The notes beneath the pieces are model-generated. The model did no database searches. It was not told the DNA's origin and worked only from the letters and a program-made list of their open reading frames with translations. A stretch of DNA of 30,300 nt, taken from IMG/VR virus record IMGVR_UViG_3300021197_000762, positions 1-30,300 of that record, one strand, 5' to 3'. Position numbers and translations under genes: made by a program. Source of the DNA: a virus. Its lineage: Duplodnaviria > Caudoviricetes. Numbering within the stretch: the stretch's first letter is position 1; the number at the start of each line of letters is the position of its first letter. Of this stretch, positions 17,720 through 25,999 are shown piece by piece.

Positions 17720-20087
17720 TCTTTACTCCTTCCTTAAAGTCTTTTTCTTCACGCTCTTCATTCTCTGCATCCATTTTCTGTTGAGCTTCCATACTATCAA
17801 CAGCAATTTTTGCTCCTGCGATTTCAGCCTGAGTGTCAATTCTTTTATTCTCACGATCATCTTTTGCTTCCATCTCCTGAGATTTAAGACTTAACTCGGC
17901 TTCGTCCATTGCTTTTTCATGCTGGAACTTAGCTTGTTTTAACTCTAGTTCAGCTTTTTGCATTTGAATCACAGGGTCTTGTGATTGTTGTTGTGCCTGT
18001 TGTTGTTGAGCTTCGGCTTGACCTTTTTGCAACAGCTTATCTGATGCAAGGGCTATAACCTTGGACAACTGCACTTCAACGTCTTCTGTGATTTTTTCTT
18101 CATCTGCGGGCAATGGAACACCCATCATTTTTTCAATTTCGACTTTATATTGGAAGGCAACGTGTTCTGCAACGTGAGCCTGAACTGCCGCTAATATCGC
18201 TCCAGCATTTGGACTTTGCCCTACTATTTCTTTAATTTTTGGATCGTTTGCCATATTCATGTGAGTTTTGATATGGGCTTCGTGGTCTTGATAAGAAAAT
18301 GCTTTTACTGGCTTGCTTTTTAACAAGTTCATGTTCTCGGCTACTGGGTCAGTAGGTTTAAACTCATCTTCCAAAGGAACAATTTTTTGCACATCTTTTA
18401 TTCCTAGAACTTCTAGCATCTGACGATGTAGTAAAGGCAGATCATAAATATCTGGTGCGCCTTGTGCTAACTGTAAGGCGGCTTGATACTGCACAACTTT
18501 TTGTGCCATTGTGGAGGCATTTGGATCAGACACGGGAATAACTTCAACAAGGTTATAGTCTTGACTTTTAACAGCCTCTTCACCTTGTGCCTGATATTTA
18601 TATTCAGAATGCGTGTAATCTCTGACTATTGCAGAAAGCAGTTTAAACTCCTGACGCATAGCATAATGCACACGGGCTTGAACAGCAGTCATTACTTTTA
18701 ATGTTCTTTCTAGGATTGCTAGAGTTGTACCGACAGGTGTTTGACCTGACATATCTGCAACCTTTAAATCGGCAACCGAAGCAAATCTTCTGCCCTCTTC
18801 TATAATTTTATTTAGAAGTTGAAACAACGTAGACGATGGTTCTTTGTATGGCAAAGGAATTATTGATTCCTTGATTGTCATTCCTGTTACATCTACATCT
18901 CTAAATTCACCTGGTGCTATAGGAGTATCGTCTCCTTTGACTCGCAAGTCTTTTGATTTGAATCCACCTGGCAAATTAGACAATGTGCCTGCATCTACCA
19001 ATTGTCTTAGCAAAGAAGTGGCTGATTCTGCAAAACCACCTACTAAATGTATTAGCCCAAACCCATAAAACCCAAAACCAGGTATGTATGGATAGTGTAC
19101 AAAGTGCATTCTTTTCTTTTTTAACGGGTCATTTTCAAGATAATTTCGTTTTACGGATAAAATTTCTCCTGTAGAGAGCAAAGTAACTACATATGGCAGT
19201 GCAATTTGTGTTTCTTTGCCGTCTTTTTTGTCTTCATACCCAGTTAAGTCTAATTCACAGTGACATTCATACAATGTAAACCTATCATCTGACACAGCAG
19301 AGTATCCAGCCTCTTCGTTCTTGGTTTTTTCTATTTCTGTTCGTATATTTTCTGGATCGGGAAGGTCTATATCCATATAAAAACCCATAGATATAAGTTT
19401 TCTGAGTTCGTTCTCAGTTTTTCTCATACGATGGGTAATTCTAGGAGCAGACTCAAGATCAGATGCTCCATATGGAACAATAATGTCTTCAGCAGGAACA
19501 AAATTAGCAACTTGTCTGTTTAAACTGGGGTCAAAGTAGACTTTTTTGAATGCAGAGCCTGTAATTGGCAAAGACCACAGCAATCTTTCGTGTTCGCTAC
19601 GGTATTCTGTCATCTTTTCAGTCAATTCATAGTTCATATCTTCCTGAACTCGGTTGGCTGCCTCTTGTTTTTGTCTGGAAGGCTTGCCTATTATCTGTGT
19701 TTTGACAGGACCGCTGGCTGGAAAGGTAGAAAGTATGGTTTCTGACTGAAATCTTACGACTGCTTCAGATAAAACTGGGTGAAATACACCACAAGCCCCA
19801 TCCCAAGGTTCTGTTCGCTCTTCTATTTTTAATCCCAAGAGCTTTATGCCTTGTGCATAGGTTCTTTCCCACTCTTTTCTAGAGTCGATGTCTATACGAA
19901 TATTATTAAGAACATCATCTGACAATTCATCCATGTCAGCACGTTCCATTTCTTCAGCAAGATTTTGTTCAAAAGTAACAGGCTTGATCTCTACCTCGAT
20001 CTCAACTTCTCCCTCTTCTGGATCGATCTCTATTTCAACTTCCATCTCTGCTGGGACTAAGGGTTCTAGTGGTTTTTCGATATTCAT
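17682..20087 (-). CDS. Portal protein (P22-like)
   Basis: 801 aa; SR..W, HP.L.EA...FQ, GS.FKKVY, GFYG.GL and LVDAGTL.N motifs; long coiled-coil C-terminus; follows TerL. Confidence 0.92.
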   Translation of the reverse strand: MNIEKPLEPLVPAEMEVEIEIDPEEGEVEIEVEIKPVTFEQNLAEEMERADMDELSDDVLNNIRIDIDSRKEWERTYAQGIKLLGLKIEERTEPWDGACGVFHPVLSEAVVRFQSETILSTFPASGPVKTQIIGKPSRQKQEAANRVQEDMNYELTEKMTEYRSEHERLLWSLPITGSAFKKVYFDPSLNRQVANFVPAEDIIVPYGASDLESAPRITHRMRKTENELRKLISMGFYMDIDLPDPENIRTEIEKTKNEEAGYSAVSDDRFTLYECHCELDLTGYEDKKDGKETQIALPYVVTLLSTGEILSVKRNYLENDPLKKKRMHFVHYPYIPGFGFYGFGLIHLVGGFAESATSLLRQLVDAGTLSNLPGGFKSKDLRVKGDDTPIAPGEFRDVDVTGMTIKESIIPLPYKEPSSTLFQLLNKIIEEGRRFASVADLKVADMSGQTPVGTTLAILERTLKVMTAVQARVHYAMRQEFKLLSAIVRDYTHSEYKYQAQGEEAVKSQDYNLVEVIPVSDPNASTMAQKVVQYQAALQLAQGAPDIYDLPLLHRQMLEVLGIKDVQKIVPLEDEFKPTDPVAENMNLLKSKPVKAFSYQDHEAHIKTHMNMANDPKIKEIVGQSPNAGAILAAVQAHVAEHVAFQYKVEIEKMMGVPLPADEEKITEDVEVQLSKVIALASDKLLQKGQAEAQQQQAQQQSQDPVIQMQKAELELKQAKFQHEKAMDEAELSLKSQEMEAKDDRENKRIDTQAEIAGAKIAVDSMEAQQKMDAENEEREEKDFKEGVKIGLEGVVAQTDK

Positions 20088-21592
20088 TAGTAGTATTTCG
20101 CCCTTCTTTGGTAAAATTCGTTATCTGCCTGATCAGTAGGTATTCTTATAAATCCACCTTGTCGAAATCGCAATAATGCCTGACTTGTTGAGTCTACTAA
20201 GTCATCGTGATCCCCATTTGGAAAAGATGCTACTTCTTCCATCACTTCCTCTGCCCATCGTTTCTCTGGACACCAAACCAATCCAGAATGAAATAAATCA
20301 GAAACAGCGTTTATACGGGCTATCTTATCAGAACCTTTGGAAGGTGTGTATTCTGATATAGGTATGCCTGTTTTTCTTAACTCATAAATTAAGGGTGCGC
20401 CTGCTGCTTTTTTCTCAACAAGTAATGTATCTGGTTGCCATTGTTCATAAAACTCATAGGCAGTTTGTTTTAATCTGGGAAACTCCATTCTGTCTTTGAA
20501 AGCATCGAGAAGTATTACGTTGGCTACTTCTTCTCCGTCTTCGTTGGTTTTATAAAATATGCCCCATGTTGTACAGGCAGAATAGTCTGCACGGTTATGT
20601 TTTTCAAATGCGGTATCCCAGCTTTGGATTACATAGTCGCAAGATGGTGGAGAGTCTCTTTCCCATATTTGCCACATATCACGTTTTACTATTGCCCCTT
20701 CCTCAGAGGTTGGGTTTTGTTGATATTGTGCCTCCCATTTGGAAACAGGCAATTCATCTCTGATTGCTTCTAATTCTTCCAGTTTCCAGAACTCTTGCCA
20801 TAGAGGATTTCCTGACGGCATTAATGCGGGTAGTTCTATGACTTCCCATTCATCTGTTTCTTTGACTATAGAGTTATGTAGTATCTGACCTGTAAGGTCT
20901 CGTTTAGACCAGCGTGTCATAACCAAAACTATTGATCCGCCTGGTTGTAGACGTTGTCTCGGACCTGAGCTATACCATTCATACACTTTGTCATATACAG
21001 AAGCTGAACCTTGCATAGCTTCTTGCTCTGAATGTGGGTCATCAATAATTAGAACATCAGCACCTTTACCAGTGACTGCACCGCCAACACCGATAGCGAA
21101 GTAGTCTCCACCTTTATTGGTATTCCAGCGTCCAGCAGCTTTTGAATCAGAAGATAGCTTTGTATTAAAAATAGACTGATAGTCGGGAGAACCTACCAGG
21201 TTTCGGACTTTACGTCCGAAGCCAACAGCTAACTCTGCTGTATGAGCAGTCTGTATTATCTTCTTCTCAGGATACATACCCAAATACCATGCAGGAAAGA
21301 GATAACTAGCAAACTCTGATTTAGTATGTCTAGGAGGCATATTCACAATAAGTCTCTTTAAGTCGCCATTAGCGACTCTTTCAAAGGCATCTGCCATGAT
21401 TGTATGATGATGTCCACCAATAAAAGCACTCCACATCTCTCTTACAAAAGGTAGAAAGGATTGCTGACACATAGCTTTCTTATGATTGGTCAATAAATCC
21501 CATATCTTATAAAGATCATCAGAGCCTTCAGGAAGCGTTTGTACCAGTTTAAGGTACTTCCTTATCTCTTTCTGTGTTAAGAGGTCGCTGAT
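20087..21592 (-). CDS. terL: Terminase large subunit
   Basis: Walker A MPPRHTKS, Walker B LIIDDP, MTRW, nuclease SWDTA, DYSA and HDD.VD. The frame is open upstream of the TTG at 21493 to an ATC at 21592 preceded by AGGAG; the start is uncertain. Confidence 0.93.
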   Translation of the reverse strand: MSDLLTQKEIRKYLKLVQTLPEGSDDLYKIWDLLTNHKKAMCQQSFLPFVREMWSAFIGGHHHTIMADAFERVANGDLKRLIVNMPPRHTKSEFASYLFPAWYLGMYPEKKIIQTAHTAELAVGFGRKVRNLVGSPDYQSIFNTKLSSDSKAAGRWNTNKGGDYFAIGVGGAVTGKGADVLIIDDPHSEQEAMQGSASVYDKVYEWYSSGPRQRLQPGGSIVLVMTRWSKRDLTGQILHNSIVKETDEWEVIELPALMPSGNPLWQEFWKLEELEAIRDELPVSKWEAQYQQNPTSEEGAIVKRDMWQIWERDSPPSCDYVIQSWDTAFEKHNRADYSACTTWGIFYKTNEDGEEVANVILLDAFKDRMEFPRLKQTAYEFYEQWQPDTLLVEKKAAGAPLIYELRKTGIPISEYTPSKGSDKIARINAVSDLFHSGLVWCPEKRWAEEVMEEVASFPNGDHDDLVDSTSQALLRFRQGGFIRIPTDQADNEFYQRRAKYY

Positions 21593-21813
21593 CGTCTTCT
21601 CCTGAGCTTTAAAGACCTTGCTTTCAATGGATCAACTGTTAAATGTTTACGATCTTTTAAATAATGAACAATTCTATGAATATTACTTCTACTTTTCATA
21701 TTCAAACCTGTAGCTATTTCTTGTAAACAAGGAGAAAACCCTTTTATGTCAATAAACAGTTTAATAAACTCCAACACCAGTCTTTGTTTTTCAGTAAGAG
21801 GCTTTTTTTTCAT
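21577..21813 (-). CDS. LexA-type winged-helix DNA-binding protein (no peptidase domain)
   Basis: LT.KQ..VL.FI......G.SP...EIA..L...S.S..H.....L...........R.L pattern of the LexA N-domain; 78 aa only. Confidence 0.8.
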   Translation of the reverse strand: MKKKPLTEKQRLVLEFIKLFIDIKGFSPCLQEIATGLNMKSRSNIHRIVHYLKDRKHLTVDPLKARSLKLRRRRSATS

Positions 21814-22057
21814 AAAAATATACCCCCCCTATTTAGAAATGAACTTTTTGTTTTGGTTTTCCATATTTCCACCTATGTTTAAACAGCAATATTGTTAGAA
21901 AAGGGTATACCCCACTGTTGACTTAATGAAATAGTGTAATCGTTTGTGTGGATCATACTGCATATATGGCAGTGGTCATGTCGCTATGTGTGTGGGGTGG
22001 GGTGGTGTACCACTGCTAGGGGGTGACACTAGTTTTTTAGGGGTGGTCAGTGAAAAA

Positions 22058-22579
22058 TTAATGAGCATTTTTACTGATCTTCATTGCGTTTAAACTTTTC
22101 TCCAACTCTGCTTTTAGTTTTGCCGTTGAAACTTTTGTTACTGTCTGTTCTATCTTGCTATTGTCTTGATACATTCCAATTGATCTGCCTAATAGTTCCA
22201 GTGCCTTGAGTTTTTCATTCGGTCTACCGTTTAAACTATGCTGAAGTAATTCTTGCATGACATGGTTGCGAACAACTCGCTGATCGTCTAAGTTTTTTTC
22301 CAGAGATGATTTTACGAGATCATTGAATAAAGGCTCTCCAATAATTTTGTTTTCAAGTTTTCTTGCAGTGGCATTGATGGAATTATTGTTTGTGGATCGT
22401 ACATTATAGTTTTCTGTGTAGGCTGTTTTCCTATCATTGCCCTTGGCAATAGAGTGCATGAATCCTATCTGCTTGGATGTCATTCTCTTAGGTTTCTCTT
22501 TAATGCCTATGGGCTTACCATCTGATCTCTTATTAATGCTCAATGCATTTATTTGGTCTTTCATTTGCTGTTTATTCAT
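22058..22579 (-). CDS. terS: Terminase small subunit (putative)
   Basis: T.KQ..F....A.G.....AY...Y HTH and LKALELLG..IGM motif; upstream of TerL. Confidence 0.7.
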   Translation of the reverse strand: MNKQQMKDQINALSINKRSDGKPIGIKEKPKRMTSKQIGFMHSIAKGNDRKTAYTENYNVRSTNNNSINATARKLENKIIGEPLFNDLVKSSLEKNLDDQRVVRNHVMQELLQHSLNGRPNEKLKALELLGRSIGMYQDNSKIEQTVTKVSTAKLKAELEKSLNAMKISKNAH

Positions 22580-22624
22580 GTTTTTATCCGCTCTGCTACG
22601 CAGTTCCCACGCCCATCTTGGGAT

Positions 22625-22874
22625 TGTGGATAACTTGTTAATAAGTCGATAGCAAGTTCTGTAATATTAATTAGGTACTCAAGTATGTGTTTAAACGCAA
22701 AGCCGTTGACAGCCCTCTGGTGAGGTCTCAGGGTTGTATGTGGATAACTTTCTTCACTACATATAGTATTCATATTTTTTTACTGTACTACATCCAGTAC
22801 ATTTTCCCGATTTTTCTGTGGATAACTCTGTGGATAACTTGCGTTTAAACCCTATTTTAACCCCCTGTGGATAA
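22625..22874. promoter_or_regulatory. Cluster of five perfect DnaA boxes (TTATCCACA on the minus strand)
   Basis: TGTGGATAA at 22625, 22739, 22817, 22829 and 22866, each followed by CT, all in the same orientation. Confidence 0.85.
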
Positions 22875-23023
22875 CTTTTGCAATAGATTAGCCCTTATTA
22901 ATTGCAGTTTTTGTTCTCAACATTTCCTGACATTTTAACGGTTCAATTGATTACTAAATACGAGACCAAAAAAACAACAGCAAAAATTAAATTAAAGTTT
23001 TTTCCTGTTTAAACGATACAAGT

Positions 23024-23052
23024 GTTGACAACGTGTCAACGTTTGCTATTAT
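23024..23052 (+). promoter_or_regulatory. Sigma70-type early promoter with overlapping palindrome
   Basis: TTGACA (23025)-16 nt-TATTAT (23047) with a TGn extension; GTTGACA-ACG-TGTCAAC inverted repeat. Confidence 0.75.
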
Positions 23053-23094
23053 TAACTCATGCAAACAAACAAACCAATCAAAAAGGAAATGCCT

Positions 23095-23556
23095 ATGAAT
23101 ACTACTACTACTCCTAAAAATACTACTGCTCCTAAATGGTCTGAGACATTAGCAAAATTTAAATCAGCTTGGGTTTCTAAATGCAAAAAAGAATCAAAAA
23201 TATCTAGAGACGAAGTTTTAAATGTTTTGATTTCGCTGTCTTGCACATTAGAAGACGTTCGCTCGATCAAGTCTAGCTTAAATACGAAAAGCTTTTATCT
23301 CATGCTTTCGGACGCAACTACAGAGCAATTAGTATTCCTATGTGACAGTGAAAGAAAGTTTTCAAAAAAAGAATTTTTAGAAATTGTTGAAAATTTTATT
23401 TTTGAACATGATAGTGATAGGGGTTTGGTTTATCCTCACGACAGTGAAGAAATTGAAAAAATTGTCAAATGCTTTTTTGATAACACAACTCGTATTGACT
23501 GCACTTGGAAAGACTTTGAAAACTATGTATTGACTCCGCTTTTATTTTGCAGTTGA
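23095..23556 (+). CDS. First early gene, hypothetical protein
   Basis: ORF 23059-23556; AAGGA spacing favours the ATG at 23095. No recognised family. Confidence 0.7.
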   Translation: MNTTTTPKNTTAPKWSETLAKFKSAWVSKCKKESKISRDEVLNVLISLSCTLEDVRSIKSSLNTKSFYLMLSDATTEQLVFLCDSERKFSKKEFLEIVENFIFEHDSDRGLVYPHDSEEIEKIVKCFFDNTTRIDCTWKDFENYVLTPLLFCS

Positions 23557-23565
23557 GAATTATCA

Positions 23566-23615
23566 GGTTGTCTGATGAGGATTTAATATCCGAAACCCCC
23601 TTGGGGGTCACAACC
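23566..23615 (+). ncRNA. Hammerhead ribozyme, type I
   Basis: Stem I GGUUGU/ACAACC, core CUGAUGA, stem II GGAU/AUCC, GAAA, stem III CCCCC/GGGGG, GUC cleavage triplet (C23609); entirely intergenic. Confidence 0.92.
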
Positions 23616-23631
23616 AAAAGAGAAAAGGAAA

Positions 23632-24345
23632 ATGCCTATGGATAAGATACACACAACATCACAAGCATGGCTCGAAGATGCACTGCATCAGGCTCACGAC
23701 AAAATTGGTCTATTGACTGGCGGTCAATTTGCTTTCCCTAAATTAGAAGACATTGATATCACTTGCGGTTTTCCTACTACCAAGGCTAGATCGGTAGAGA
23801 AAAAGGGCAAGTCCTCACATGATTGGAGTTTACAGGGCGGTCACATTATTAGTATTAGTCCTACACTGGTTGATCCAGTGCAAGTGATGTTCGAGGTTGT
23901 AGTCTCTCTGGCTAAGTCTAGCGTTGCAATGCACATGGTAGCCAACAACAAAAAAGTTACTCACATTCCTAATCCTGACCATTACGGCAGTCATCTTACA
24001 GTCAATTGCAGAGAAGTTGCTCGTATTATCAGATTCATTGGTGCTGACACTTCCAAGCCTAGTCAACCAACTATGAATAGTCACTTTAGAGATATCTGGG
24101 CTGATCTGGTTGCATCCTTTGGGGCTTATCCAAATGATAAATCGCATCAATTAAAGGGCGGTAAAAAAGACACTACCAGACTGGTAGTAGGAACTTGTAA
24201 GGGTTGTGGATACAAGTCTTACACAGTGATGACTCACTTAGCCAGAGCATTATTGGTTTGTCCTGTTACTAATTGCTCAAGGCATGGAATGTCTTTTAGT
24301 TACACAGATTCTAGAGTTGTTAACCTCTACCCAAATTCACAATAA
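23632..24345 (+). CDS. SprT-like protein with C-terminal Zn finger, HExxH not present
   Basis: CGFP, I.ISP.L.DP and KK.TTR....C..CGY....CP..C motifs; the start may be 23638. Confidence 0.6.
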   Translation: MPMDKIHTTSQAWLEDALHQAHDKIGLLTGGQFAFPKLEDIDITCGFPTTKARSVEKKGKSSHDWSLQGGHIISISPTLVDPVQVMFEVVVSLAKSSVAMHMVANNKKVTHIPNPDHYGSHLTVNCREVARIIRFIGADTSKPSQPTMNSHFRDIWADLVASFGAYPNDKSHQLKGGKKDTTRLVVGTCKGCGYKSYTVMTHLARALLVCPVTNCSRHGMSFSYTDSRVVNLYPNSQ

Positions 24346-24358
24346 GGAAAAAATAATT

Positions 24359-25999
24359 ATGAAAAATTCATTAAAAAACCAAATCCGCACTCACGTTGCT
24401 ATGAAAAATTCAGATTCTCTTTTGAGTTGGGCGGGATTCGTTCTAACCCTCTACCCAAATTGCATTGATGATATTTCAGAATTAAAAAATGTTAAGGATG
24501 TTGTTAAGGAATTGAGTGCTTGTAAGAGAATTGATGCACAGAAATTTTTAACCAATTGGATTCCTCAAATGTTCATCACAGTTTTTGAAAAAAAGATTTT
24601 AGGTTGGGACAAACCAGCAAATTCTACTGCTTGGTCTGAGTACAAAGACTTTATCGACAATCAACTAAAGGGTTTAAACGTGTCAAAGTCTACAGCGTCA
24701 GTTCAGTTTGATGCCAACAAAATACAGGCAGATTTGAATTCTCAAGTCGCTGATGTAAGCAGTCAGGTCAACTCAGCCTTGACCGTTGCTACTGAATTGA
24801 CAAACAAATTTGAAAAGGTTGAGAAGAATATTGCCAAGGCTAAGACTCAATTAGACGATGGATTGAAACAGGGTCTGACAGACATATCTCAAGCAGTGAC
24901 TCCAAGTCAGTCAGCTATCGACTTGGCTGTTAGCAAAACCCTTGCTCCAATCATCAAGAAAAGTTCTACTGATCCAGTCGCTAAAAAAGTTTTGACTGAT
25001 CTCGCACAATCTACTGGGACGTTTAAACTCGTTAAGGTTAGAGATATATTCAACAAAGCTGAGTACAGTTATGACTACAAGGACGAGACTGTTGACTTCG
25101 GAGAAATTGAAGTTCAAGTTTTTGATGGTACAGATTCTCCCGTTGCTGACCCTAATTATATTTTTCAACCAAAAGTTTTGCATCAGGCATTAAATTGTAT
25201 CCGCAAAAAATTACCGATCCCTGTATGGCTATCTGGTCAAAAGGGTACAGGCAAAACTTCTTTTGTGGAACAACTTGCCAATCGCTTGGGCAGACAATTT
25301 TTCCGCATCAATATGAGAGAAAACATTGATGAGCAGATCATTGGCGGTCGTACAACTGATGACCAAGATTCATCAAAAATTGTGTTTAAACAGGGAGACT
25401 TTTTACGAGCAGTCCAAATCTCTGGAGCGTTTGTAGGATTAGATGAGTTCAGTTTTATACGTCCACAACTAAGTTGTCTGTTCCAACCTACGCTTGAGAC
25501 TAATGGCAATGGTGTCAGGGCTATCAGTGTCTCAGAGGAATGTCTCAGGGTTGTGTTCTCCGACTATGTTGGCATATTTGCTATGGATAACACGACTGGT
25601 TTGGGGGATGATTCTGGTAATTATGTTGGAGTCAAGGGTCAAAATGAGGCATTACTTGATAGGTTTGGTAAAACTTTATTAGTTGACTACTTACCATTTG
25701 CTGAAGAAGTTAAGTTACTTCAAAAACGTGTGGCAGTCAGCAAGCAAATCGCTGAGTCGATTGTATCATTCGCAAAAACTTCCAGACAAAAAGCTAAAGA
25801 TGGTTTACTTAATAGCCCAGTTTCACTACGTCAATTATTGGCTTGGGCTGAGGGTGTAAAAGATGGAGAACCAGTCGGTTTGGCTTTTGAGTCTTGTGTT
25901 CTAAACAAATTTCCAAGTGATGCTCACTCAGAATTATTGGCAGTATATGAGGTGGAGATTGACGAGAATGACTTTAAAAAATTTGCGAGGGGTCTATAA
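24359..25999 (+). CDS. MoxR-clade AAA+ ATPase (CbbQ/NirQ/NorQ/CobS-like) with long N-terminal coiled coil
   Basis: Walker A GQKGTGKT, RIN, Walker B VGLDE, N.ALLDRF and SLRQL; ATG at 24359 with AAGGA. Confidence 0.88.
   Translation: MKNSLKNQIRTHVAMKNSDSLLSWAGFVLTLYPNCIDDISELKNVKDVVKELSACKRIDAQKFLTNWIPQMFITVFEKKILGWDKPANSTAWSEYKDFIDNQLKGLNVSKSTASVQFDANKIQADLNSQVADVSSQVNSALTVATELTNKFEKVEKNIAKAKTQLDDGLKQGLTDISQAVTPSQSAIDLAVSKTLAPIIKKSSTDPVAKKVLTDLAQSTGTFKLVKVRDIFNKAEYSYDYKDETVDFGEIEVQVFDGTDSPVADPNYIFQPKVLHQALNCIRKKLPIPVWLSGQKGTGKTSFVEQLANRLGRQFFRINMRENIDEQIIGGRTTDDQDSSKIVFKQGDFLRAVQISGAFVGLDEFSFIRPQLSCLFQPTLETNGNGVRAISVSEECLRVVFSDYVGIFAMDNTTGLGDDSGNYVGVKGQNEALLDRFGKTLLVDYLPFAEEVKLLQKRVAVSKQIAESIVSFAKTSRQKAKDGLLNSPVSLRQLLAWAEGVKDGEPVGLAFESCVLNKFPSDAHSELLAVYEVEIDENDFKKFARGL

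Noticed and set aside
341-20763. Plus-strand ORFs in the track across the late region, and nested minus-strand ORFs such as 9684-9875, 10964-11380, 14718-14951 and 8928-9116
   Set aside because: They are antisense or out-of-frame shadows of well-supported genes and show no recognisable motifs.
22576-22773. 65-aa minus-strand ORF upstream of terS
   Set aside because: It runs through the DnaA-box array; SYPH/SYPQ are just translated boxes; no convincing RBS.
22625-22874. Repeat array as a mini-CRISPR or iterons
   Set aside because: The repeats are only 11 nt with irregular spacing and match the DnaA consensus exactly.
24324-24461. 14-bp direct repeat CCTCTACCCAAATT (24324 and 24448)
   Set aside because: A single short repeat encoding LYPN in both genes; no element or structure is supported, so it may be chance or an old duplication.
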